Part shown: positions 1-7,536 of the stretch, piece by piece
How the letters are laid out: each line of letters begins with the position of its first letter
Numbering within the stretch: the first letter of the stretch is position 1
From: a virus
Taxonomy: Duplodnaviria > Caudoviricetes
DNA: 45,082 nt
IMG/VR virus record: IMGVR_UViG_3300029318_000014
Coordinates: 1 to 45,082 of that record
Direction: 5' to 3' (one strand)
Notes under the pieces: model-generated
What the model was told of the DNA's origin: nothing
The model's database searches: none
What the model saw: the letters and a program-made list of their open reading frames with translations, nothing else
Made by a program: the position numbers and the translations under genes

Positions 1-108
1 TTAGGCGACCCCGATCCATCCAATCACAAAACGGGGTTCGATAGTGCTGACGACATCAAAGATTGGTTCCAAAGAGACAAACCTGACGATTGGAGACAAC
101 GTGACTAA
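1..108 (+). CDS. 3' end of a conserved cyanophage hypothetical protein (partial)
   Basis: Frame 1 is open from the window edge and reads LGDPDPSNHKTGFDSADDIKDWFQRDKPDDWRQRD*, with TAA at 106-108. The C-terminus resembles a small conserved cyanomyophage protein. It is not in the ORF track. Confidence 0.7.
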   Translation, partial: LGDPDPSNHKTGFDSADDIKDWFQRDKPDDWRQRD

Positions 109-238
109 CGATTTTTTAGACAACCTTGCTGCTCATCAATATCAAAAGATGCACAAGAAAAAAGAGCTAGATCTCTTTGAAGTAATTCCTAAATGGAAAG
201 AATGGAAAGAATCACTTCAGAGGAGGACGCACAAATGA
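101..238 (+). CDS. small hypothetical protein (45 aa, MTNDFLDNLAAHQYQKM...)
   Basis: GTG at 101 overlaps the end of the upstream gene, with a GGAGA ribosome-binding site at 92-96. This is a more plausible start than 44 in the ORF track. Confidence 0.55.
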   Translation: MTNDFLDNLAAHQYQKMHKKKELDLFEVIPKWKEWKESLQRRTHK

Positions 239-423
239 GTGAAGATCCAAGAGAGCGTAACGAGCGAAAATGGCAAGAAGCAACAAATAAGGTAATCGCC
301 AATAACTTGGTAATTAACCTTGAGAAACTTTTAAATGGCACAGCAAAATATGTAGTGTGTTCAGATAGAACCACTACACATAGAAAGATTATTATTGAAT
401 ATGATCACCAACAGAAAGATTAA
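235..423 (+). CDS. small hypothetical protein (62 aa, MSEDPRERNERKW...)
   Basis: ATG at 235 forms an ATGA overlap with the previous stop, and AGGAGG lies at 221-226. Confidence 0.65.
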   Translation: MSEDPRERNERKWQEATNKVIANNLVINLEKLLNGTAKYVVCSDRTTTHRKIIIEYDHQQKD

Positions 424-1043
424 TTTCTAGAAATCTTCAGAGTTTCACTAACATACTCTGTGCTAGGAGTAAATTTCATCTCGTTAACAAAAATCTCAGT
501 AAACTGATCAACAAACGCGGGTCTTAGCACAAAGATCTCGCGTTTTTTGTCGTTTTTACGTAATTCGTAAATGTAGTTAGATACTGGACCTCTAGAATCT
601 TGTAAAGATAGTGTATTGCCATCTGGAGTGACGAATTGGTATGCTTCACCAACTTGCAGACCTCCAGGTAGAACAAGTTGATCGTCGTAATATTGCTCAA
701 TCGTCTCATAGTGATGTGGAGCAGTTGGATCATCATATGTGGCGCTAATATACTCTTCAAACGCAATATTACTCAGTGGCCAATCCTCGTATAGATTTTT
801 AATATTGTTGATAATCATGATAATCCAATCATTTCCTGGATCTCCATAAAAATCCATTGAAACGGTGTCAGGTCTTTCTCCATCTTTGACGAAATAATCT
901 TCAAAGATAGTTGATCCTGGAACAATATTGTCAATGAGTTTAATACGAGCAAAAATGTTCCTGATAGTAATATAACTACCATTCTCAGGATTCTTGTCGT
1001 ATTTTAGATAAAGAATTTCTGGAACTTTGTCGAAATATGCCAT
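420..1043 (-). CDS. gp53: baseplate wedge subunit, T4 gp53-like
   Basis: Motifs MAYFDKVP, NIFARIK, DGERPDTVSMDFYGDPGNDWIIMIINNI..LYEDWP, HHYET and VSNY.YE...ND.KR.I.VLRP are typical of gp53; the gene lies next to gp48. Confidence 0.9.
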   Translation of the reverse strand: MAYFDKVPEILYLKYDKNPENGSYITIRNIFARIKLIDNIVPGSTIFEDYFVKDGERPDTVSMDFYGDPGNDWIIMIINNIKNLYEDWPLSNIAFEEYISATYDDPTAPHHYETIEQYYDDQLVLPGGLQVGEAYQFVTPDGNTLSLQDSRGPVSNYIYELRKNDKKREIFVLRPAFVDQFTEIFVNEMKFTPSTEYVSETLKISRN

Positions 1044-1045
1044 GT

Positions 1046-2059
1046 TTATGCCTCCGTCATTGTTGTGCTGTCTTCAAAGTTTTCAATGTCTTGTCTGACC
1101 AGAGCAGTAAGTTCAGCAAATTGCAAACTTAATCTAACTGCCTGTACATAACCATTTTTAGTCAAAGCAATAACATTATCTGGAGTATAATCAACATTAA
1201 GACCAGTCAAAGCACAATATTTTGTATTTGGTAGAAAATCACTAACTCCACCTGTTTTTGCGTCTACATCTGTAACAATTCCATTAGATTTTACTTTTAG
1301 TTTGCTCTTGAGTCCACTTGGAATAATTCTCCAAATATGAGGATATCCCAAAAACAAAGAATTGCTTCTTTCTTTTAATTTTGCCTCTGGATGCATACTG
1401 ATTTTAAATTGTTTAACAATTTTTCTAATCTCATTCTCTTCAGTAACATCTCTTGCTAGGAATAAGTAATCAAAGTTGAAAGATCTTGTCTGCATTCTGT
1501 TGAATGTCTGCAGAGTATTATCATTAAATGTTTGACCAAATGCAGCACCAACTAATGTGTCTAGAGAGAGACCATCAACCTTTGGAATATCTTGGAATCC
1601 ATCTAAATTTGTCAAAGATTTCATTAAAGAATTAGCACCTGTTGCAAGAGCAACTTTTGCTGCAGCACCAAAAATACCACCACCAGCACCTAGAGTAGAT
1701 CCCAATGCACCAAATGATATCTTTGACCATTCTGCACCATATTGATATTCAATTTTAGGTGGAAGATATAAAGAAATATTCGCTACACCAGTATTATTTG
1801 CATCTCCACCTGTACCACTAGTAGTTGGTGCTATATTCTTACCGTCTTCACCTCTACCCCCGTATGAACCAGTTAACTTACCATTAAGGTTTTCTGCAGT
1901 AAGTTCAACATTTCTATTACTACCAGAGATAACATTTTGAATATCTGGTAATGCACCTGGAGGCACTGGTGCTCCTGCATAATCGTATGCTCGGAATGTT
2001 AGAAACATACCAGTATTGTTAATACTGGTCTTTGGGTACATTAATCTTGTTGCTGTCAT
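1046..2059 (-). CDS. gp48: baseplate tail tube cap, T4 gp48-like
   Basis: Motifs ISLYLPPKI...YGAEW, RSFNFDYLFLAR...E..EIRKIVKQFK..MHP, FLGYP and CALTGLNVDYTPD...V.LSLQFAEL. Confidence 0.85.
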   Translation of the reverse strand: MTATRLMYPKTSINNTGMFLTFRAYDYAGAPVPPGALPDIQNVISGSNRNVELTAENLNGKLTGSYGGRGEDGKNIAPTTSGTGGDANNTGVANISLYLPPKIEYQYGAEWSKISFGALGSTLGAGGGIFGAAAKVALATGANSLMKSLTNLDGFQDIPKVDGLSLDTLVGAAFGQTFNDNTLQTFNRMQTRSFNFDYLFLARDVTEENEIRKIVKQFKISMHPEAKLKERSNSLFLGYPHIWRIIPSGLKSKLKVKSNGIVTDVDAKTGGVSDFLPNTKYCALTGLNVDYTPDNVIALTKNGYVQAVRLSLQFAELTALVRQDIENFEDSTTMTEA

Positions 2060-2520
2060 TATTTACGTTTACCTAATTGAACTTTTTTCTTACTTACAAA
2101 ACGATTTTGACTATCATAAAATTGCTCTATAGGCAATGCGGCAAATTCAATTAGTTCCTCTTCTGGAACCTCAAAGAATAAATTATCTGCACGACTTATA
2201 ATATATCTATGCAACAATTTAAAGGGTATCCTAACATTCTTATTTAGAAACTTTTTAGCAAGCATCATTCGTTGCTTTGGAGTGGTATAATGGAAGTTTG
2301 CTCCCATGAATCCATCCTCATAGATATTAGTTACCAAAACTAGAGGATATTTATCCCATCTTGCTAACTGTGCCTTTGTTTTGGGGTCATATTCAAAAAG
2401 GTAGAATTTACCGACCATTACGTCATCTTTAGCACTATCAAAGAGGTAGTTAAATGCTACTGATCTTTGTTTAGATACAGTATTGGCATTTTCATCTTTA
2501 AGTTCTTGAATAATACTCAT
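2059..2520 (-). CDS. gp2: DNA end protector protein, T4 gp2-like
   Basis: Motifs GKFYLFEYDPKTK..L..WDKYPLV, GFMGANFHY and ALPIEQF; the gene lies next to gp4. Confidence 0.85.
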   Translation of the reverse strand: MSIIQELKDENANTVSKQRSVAFNYLFDSAKDDVMVGKFYLFEYDPKTKAQLARWDKYPLVLVTNIYEDGFMGANFHYTTPKQRMMLAKKFLNKNVRIPFKLLHRYIISRADNLFFEVPEEELIEFAALPIEQFYDSQNRFVSKKKVQLGKRK

Positions 2521-2951
2521 ATCTTAAGTTCCTTTTCTGTTAGGATTTTAAATTGCCATCTTCTGTCCTTGCAGTATTCAGTTGCTGCTTTCCATTTAGC
2601 ATCATTGACAGCATATGTGGTAACTTCAGTTATATACCTCTTTGTACGACGGCGTTGTTTTTGGGGAGGCGCTGTCTGCTTAAGCGGTTTGATCTCAATA
2701 ATAAACTTCTGCGTCCCCCCAGTTTTTGTTCTGGCACGGACGTAGAAATCTGGGAAATACCGATGCATCCGATTATCAAGAGGAGAGATGTAAGGTATAA
2801 CGATCTCTTCACTACCCCATTCCAGCACATTTTCATTGTTATCACACCAAACCATGAACTTTCTTTCCCATAAAGACCTGTAAATGACATTTGTCGGGTC
2901 TCCTTTATATTTCCTAGGATGGGAAGGGCGATATTTACCACTATATGCCAT
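2517..2951 (-). CDS. gp4: head completion nuclease, T4 gp4-like
   Basis: Motifs MAYSGKYRP..P.KYKGDP..VIYRSLWERKFM, WGSEE..IPY.SP.D...HRYFPDF, IEIKP and N.AKW.AA..YC....W.FKILTE. Confidence 0.95.
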   Translation of the reverse strand: MAYSGKYRPSHPRKYKGDPTNVIYRSLWERKFMVWCDNNENVLEWGSEEIVIPYISPLDNRMHRYFPDFYVRARTKTGGTQKFIIEIKPLKQTAPPQKQRRRTKRYITEVTTYAVNDAKWKAATEYCKDRRWQFKILTEKELKI

Positions 2952-2952
2952 A

Positions 2953-2965
2953 CTAAATATAAATA
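2953..2965 (+). promoter_or_regulatory. T4-type late promoter(s), CTAAATA and TATAAATA, for the rightward tail operon
   Basis: CTAAATA at 2953-2959 and TATAAATA at 2958-2965 lie about 20 nt upstream of ATG 2986. Confidence 0.75.
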
Positions 2966-2978
2966 TACTTCCTAGTCC

Positions 2979-2985
2979 TATTTAG
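2979..2985 (-). promoter_or_regulatory. late promoter CTAAATA for the leftward gp4-gp2-gp48-gp53 block
   Basis: TATTTAG on the plus strand at 2979-2985 lies about 28 nt upstream of the gp4 start. Confidence 0.65.
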
Positions 2986-3720
2986 ATGAATATCGACAGA
3001 ATTAGAAAAAACATCGTGGGTGACTATGGATTGTCTTCGTCGAATCAATATCATATTTCTTTTGAGATCCCTGTAGGTATTAATAGTAGTACCGATGGAA
3101 CTCTTACAGAATTCATGAGGAATAGGGGATTTACCATTAATAGTGTATCAGAACCTGAAATTTTCGGAAGAAATGATAGTGTCGTCGGAAACATGGCGAG
3201 ATTAAGTTTCTTAGCAGACGAAGTTAATATCCCTGGATTTAGTATAGCAACTGGTGATTTTAAAGGATATGTTCCTGGTATCAATGTTAGATACGCACAT
3301 ACCAGAAACTTTACTGAGATGAATATTGCCTTTTTAATGGATATGGATCATACTCCATTAAAATTCTTAAGGTTGTGGTCTGATTTTATATTTGGATTTG
3401 AAGAGTCATATGGCGTCTCATCCTCAGCACCGACTGTAGTTTCTCAGTTGCAATATTACAATAATTATGCTCACGATATTGTTATTGATAAATTAGAACC
3501 AAACACTAATTCTTTATCAAAATCAAGAGCAAAGAGTAGTTTTGATACTCATAATGTAGTCACCAGAACACGATTGCACAAAGCATTCCCATACATGATT
3601 AATGATGTTACAGTTAGTAACGCTCCAAACCAACCAATGAGATTGCAGTCCACCTTTTACTATGAGTACTTTACCACTGAAACTTTAAAAAGAAATACGG
3701 TAAATGCCCTCAGACAATGA
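2986..3720 (+). CDS. tail tube initiator or tube-fold baseplate protein (gp54/gp19-like)
   Basis: Motifs LSFLADEVNIPG, YAHTRNFTE.NIAF, F.RLWSDFI and L.KAFP..I..V..S....Q.MRL..TFYYEY fit the T4 tube-protein fold; the gene precedes gp26. Confidence 0.65.
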   Translation: MNIDRIRKNIVGDYGLSSSNQYHISFEIPVGINSSTDGTLTEFMRNRGFTINSVSEPEIFGRNDSVVGNMARLSFLADEVNIPGFSIATGDFKGYVPGINVRYAHTRNFTEMNIAFLMDMDHTPLKFLRLWSDFIFGFEESYGVSSSAPTVVSQLQYYNNYAHDIVIDKLEPNTNSLSKSRAKSSFDTHNVVTRTRLHKAFPYMINDVTVSNAPNQPMRLQSTFYYEYFTTETLKRNTVNALRQ

Positions 3721-3722
3721 CG

Positions 3723-3729
3723 CTAAATA
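3723..3729 (+). promoter_or_regulatory. late promoter CTAAATA upstream of gp26
   Basis: CTAAATA at 3723-3729, then a GGAG ribosome-binding site at 3742-3745 and ATG at 3754. Confidence 0.65.
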
Positions 3730-3753
3730 AAAATATGATATGGAGTTTAATTA

Positions 3754-4455
3754 ATGTCTTTACCAACACTGAATACACCAACCTATAATCTTACTATCCC
3801 ATCAACAAAGCAAAGAATTAAATACAGACCTTTCTTTGTAAAGGAAGAGAAAGTTCTTCTGATGGCACTTGAATCTCAAAATGACCAAGAAATTGCAGAT
3901 GCATTAAAATCAATTATTGTTGCTTGTGTGACTACAAAAGATTTTAATTTTGATAAATTGGCAACATTTGATATTGAGTATATTTTCTTGAATATCAGAG
4001 GTAAGTCAGTAGGTGAAATGGTTGAACTTATTGTTATTGCACCTGATGATGGTGAAACTGAGGTAAGAATCAATATTAATATTGATGATGTCAAAGTAAA
4101 ATTTGATAAATCACATTCTAATAAGATCCAAATTGATAAAGATCTTTGGGTTGAGATGAAGTATCCTGGTCTTAGTAGTTTTACTAACCCTCAAGAAAAT
4201 ATTGATGATACTTTTGAATTCGTTGCTAATTCAATTGAAAAGATTTACAATGAAGAGGATGTTTGGGACAGCACCACAACAACCCCTGATGAGTTTGTGA
4301 CTTTCCTTGAGAATATGAGCAGCAAACAGTTCAACAGTGTCCAAAAGTTTTTTGAGACAATGCCTTCCCTAAAGCATGAGGTTAAGTTTACTAATCCAAA
4401 TACAGAGGTTGAATCAACTTACGTTGTCGAAGGACTTGCTAATTTTTTCGGATAA
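3754..4455 (+). CDS. gp26: baseplate hub assembly protein, T4 gp26-like
   Basis: Motifs MSLPTLNTPTY.LTIPST...IKYRPF.VKEEKVLLMA.ES, LATFDIEYIFLNIRGKSVGE, FFETMP.LKH and the C-terminus EGLANFFG. Confidence 0.92.
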   Translation: MSLPTLNTPTYNLTIPSTKQRIKYRPFFVKEEKVLLMALESQNDQEIADALKSIIVACVTTKDFNFDKLATFDIEYIFLNIRGKSVGEMVELIVIAPDDGETEVRININIDDVKVKFDKSHSNKIQIDKDLWVEMKYPGLSSFTNPQENIDDTFEFVANSIEKIYNEEDVWDSTTTTPDEFVTFLENMSSKQFNSVQKFFETMPSLKHEVKFTNPNTEVESTYVVEGLANFFG

Positions 4456-4640
4456 GCCTCTTTCATAATTCACTAGAAAATTATTATAGAACTAATTTCT
4501 CATTAATGCAGCATCATAAGTACAGTTTAACTGAACTTGATGGTCTTATTCCTTGGGAAAAAGATATATACATTGCGTTGTTGAAAAATTATCTGGAAGA
4601 GGAAAGACAGAGAATAGAACAGCAAAAACATCAAAGTTAA
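4443..4640 (+). CDS. gp51: baseplate hub assembly catalyst, T4 gp51-like; probably made by -1 frameshift from gp26 (first ATG only at 4506)
   Basis: The -1 frame opens right after TAA 4440-4442 and reads FFRISLFHNSLENYYRTNFSLMQHHKYSLTELDGLIPWEKDIYIALLKNYLEEERQRIEQQKHQS*. The NYY.TNF.LMQHHKYSL.E.....PWE..IY motif is characteristic of gp51. It is not in the ORF track. Confidence 0.85.
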   Translation, partial: FFRISLFHNSLENYYRTNFSLMQHHKYSLTELDGLIPWEKDIYIALLKNYLEEERQRIEQQKHQS

Positions 4641-7534
4641 TGAAAGCAAAACAAATAGGATTAACTCAATATAATGATGCCATATTGTCAATATATGGTG
4701 CGAATCCTGTTGCAACTTTGAAGGAAGCAAAAGGGGCAACAACTACTGCTCCAGATTTAACGAAGGACAACGTAAAGAAGAAGGCACAACCTAAAAGTGG
4801 AACTCTTGTAAAAGAGACCCTTCGCCTTAGAAATACTGCAGTTTTAAATTTAAAACTGGCGAAGAATATTCAAAAGTATGAGAAGGAAAGGTTATCTAAA
4901 CTAAGTGCATTACTAGACAAAGATAAATCCTCAAAGGGAGGAGAAGGTGGTGAGGTTGAAGAAGATACAGATGATCCGAAGAAGTTAGAAAGGAAATCTC
5001 CTTGGTGGAGAAAATTTCTTCGTAAGTTTAGAAACTTTGCAAAAGGTCTGTTAAAGAAACTCTTTAAAAAGTTCGTTCCTAGAAGGGTGCGTGCTAGAGG
5101 GAGATTGCTTGCAAGGAGAATTCGTAGATTTAAAAGGGTAGTAAAAGCGAACATCAAAAGAAGATGGAGGAATTTTACTAAACCTTTTAGACAAGCACAG
5201 AGATTTATTGCAAATACCACTGCTCCACTTAGACGTAGGTTAGGTACTGGATTTAAACGTGCCCAAAGAAATTTAACAAAACCTTTTAGGCAAGCAAAAC
5301 GATTTGCTGAAACTGCAGTTAAGAATCCAAGAAAGGCACTACAGCAAACTCAACGTGCTCTTAACACAGCAAAGAATGTCGCTGCTGGTGCTGCTACAAG
5401 GGTAAATCAGTTTGTATCACCTGGAATTAAGGCAGGTAGAGAATTTGCTGGTCAAAAACTTACTCAAGGTAGAAAAGCATTAGAAGGTGGTATTGATACT
5501 GCAAGATCAATATGGAACTTTGGTACTGAAATGCTGCAGCAGGCAAGTGGAAAGAAACCAAACTTGTCAGGTGGAAATAGATTTGGTTTTCTGAATAGAT
5601 TTTCTGGTATTGGTCAGAAATTGAATCAAGGTAGACAGGCATTGATGGGTGGTATTGATATTGCTGTTAAAAAAGGACAACAGATTGGTGAGGCAGTTGC
5701 TGCTACTTGGACTAAATGGAGTAATGTCGTTAAAGATCCTAAGACATGGAATAAAATTAAGGATAGTGTAGTAGGTGGATATGAAAAGTTAAAAGGTGCC
5801 GCAAAAAAACTGTATGATGATTTTATTACATGGTTAGCAGGAACCAAATGGTTCAGAGAGATGATTGAGAGTAAAATCGGCAAGAAAGTAACTCGAATGC
5901 TCATTGAAAAGGGCGGTAAGATAGCACTGAAAAAGATTCTTACTAGATTGGTTATTGGTCTTGGTACTGTTATGGCGTTATGGGAAGCAGTAGATGACTG
6001 GGCAAGAGGTGACTATGAAGGTGCAGCGTTAGCAGCACTTGGTGCTATTCCTGTTGTTGGTTTGGTTGCAGTTGTTGTTGATATTTTAAGAGATCTGTTT
6101 CCAAAAACTTGGGAAAGCGTTGTTTCTCAAATTACAGGTCAAGATGCAGAGACAAGAAGTAAAAATATTAAAGATGCCACTGATGATTTGATGATGAATC
6201 CAGTAGATAGTACTACTGGTGGTAATGATATTGCTGATGGGATTCCCATGGCAGCAGATGGAATGGTAACCGACAACCAACCACAGTTGGTTATTGTTGG
6301 TGATGGAGGCGAGGAAGAATTTATCGTTCCTAAGAGTAAACTTGCACAGTTCTTAGGATCTGATACTGCATTAGAGTTCTTAAATTTTGGAGGATCTCAG
6401 GTAGTCAGCACAGTTAATGAATACTTAAAGAAACTAGGTATTGCTGGTGAAACTGCAGGTCAAATCTCAGAACTTAAAGATGCTCAAGATTTACCTAAAA
6501 AACCAACAAATAATGTAAAGAATGTCAGACCATTTGGTTCTGCCATTTCAGACATCAGTGGTAAGATTATGAAATTTATCATTGAAAGTGTTGAAAGTTT
6601 AATAGAACCACTGAAAAATATTATGGATTGGTTGAAAAAGAACGTCCTGGATAATCCATTAGTTAAAGGTATTACTGGTGTTGTTGGAGCAATAGGTTCT
6701 TCTATATTTGGTGGTGGTGCTAATGCAGCAACACTGAACAATAATTTTAATTTATCAAATATGTCTGCAGATGGAGTATTTAATACTGAATTGAAAACTG
6801 GTAAATCAGCATATATTGGTGGATCTGCTGATTACCACATTGACAGTCAGTTTAAGAGTTCTCTTCCTATGTCGGAGAAAGTAGCAATGATGGATCAACT
6901 TGCAGCAGGATATGCTGCACAAGGTAGAATTATTGAATTCTCTAATGCTGGGGTTGTCAACCAGGTGTATGATCCTAGTGCTTCTCTTGAAGAAAAGAGT
7001 GCTTTATTACAAAGAGCATTTGAAGCACACCAACTTCCTAGAGGACGTGCTATTGATGCAGGCGGTTTCAATCGTATTGATTATTATGCTCCTCTTGTTG
7101 AAGATTCTAGAGAAACTGGAGGACAAGGTAGATTTAGAGATAGTGTAGTAGGTCAGGATATTCTTATTCCGACACGTGGTGGTGAAAAAGTATCTTATCA
7201 TCAAGGGGGTGATTATGGTGCATTTGTTCACTTGACAGATAAAGATGGTAATGTCATCTTTAGAACAGGTCATGGTGATACTAGAACTGCAAAATCAGGA
7301 ACTGTTGATATATCAGCACTAAATAAAGATGATGCAGTAGATGAAGATCCTAATAACCTGGAAGACGATAATATTATGGTACAAATGTTACAGCAACAAC
7401 TTGCCCAGCAGGCAAACGCTCAAACTCAACCAAATATTCTTCCAATGCCTATTCCATTAGGATCTGTCCCTGCATTTATGTTGCCTAGGACTAATACTCC
7501 AGCATGGGGACACGCAGCAGTACACGGTAACTGA
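4640..7534 (+). CDS. tape-measure-like tail protein with a putative C-terminal M23-like peptidase domain (964 aa)
   Basis: ATG 4640 forms a TAATG overlap with the gp51 stop. The protein has a long helical basic region with internal repeats, hydrophobic segments, a tape-measure-type motif (AADGMVT..PQLVIVGDGGEEEFIVP) and C-terminal YHID, IDYY and YGAFV..GHGD elements. Confidence 0.65.
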   Translation: MKAKQIGLTQYNDAILSIYGANPVATLKEAKGATTTAPDLTKDNVKKKAQPKSGTLVKETLRLRNTAVLNLKLAKNIQKYEKERLSKLSALLDKDKSSKGGEGGEVEEDTDDPKKLERKSPWWRKFLRKFRNFAKGLLKKLFKKFVPRRVRARGRLLARRIRRFKRVVKANIKRRWRNFTKPFRQAQRFIANTTAPLRRRLGTGFKRAQRNLTKPFRQAKRFAETAVKNPRKALQQTQRALNTAKNVAAGAATRVNQFVSPGIKAGREFAGQKLTQGRKALEGGIDTARSIWNFGTEMLQQASGKKPNLSGGNRFGFLNRFSGIGQKLNQGRQALMGGIDIAVKKGQQIGEAVAATWTKWSNVVKDPKTWNKIKDSVVGGYEKLKGAAKKLYDDFITWLAGTKWFREMIESKIGKKVTRMLIEKGGKIALKKILTRLVIGLGTVMALWEAVDDWARGDYEGAALAALGAIPVVGLVAVVVDILRDLFPKTWESVVSQITGQDAETRSKNIKDATDDLMMNPVDSTTGGNDIADGIPMAADGMVTDNQPQLVIVGDGGEEEFIVPKSKLAQFLGSDTALEFLNFGGSQVVSTVNEYLKKLGIAGETAGQISELKDAQDLPKKPTNNVKNVRPFGSAISDISGKIMKFIIESVESLIEPLKNIMDWLKKNVLDNPLVKGITGVVGAIGSSIFGGGANAATLNNNFNLSNMSADGVFNTELKTGKSAYIGGSADYHIDSQFKSSLPMSEKVAMMDQLAAGYAAQGRIIEFSNAGVVNQVYDPSASLEEKSALLQRAFEAHQLPRGRAIDAGGFNRIDYYAPLVEDSRETGGQGRFRDSVVGQDILIPTRGGEKVSYHQGGDYGAFVHLTDKDGNVIFRTGHGDTRTAKSGTVDISALNKDDAVDEDPNNLEDDNIMVQMLQQQLAQQANAQTQPNILPMPIPLGSVPAFMLPRTNTPAWGHAAVHGN

Positions 7535-7536
7535 TA

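Noticed and set aside
4475-4500. Hairpin AGAAAATTA/TAATTTCT as a frameshift stimulator
   Set aside because: It is AU-only, bulged and about 25 nt from the slip site, so it is too weak and distant to claim.
4553-4639. Track start at 4553 (TTG) for the 993 aa ORF
   Set aside because: It overlaps the gp51 coding frame. ATG 4640, coupled to the gp51 stop by TAATG, is more plausible.
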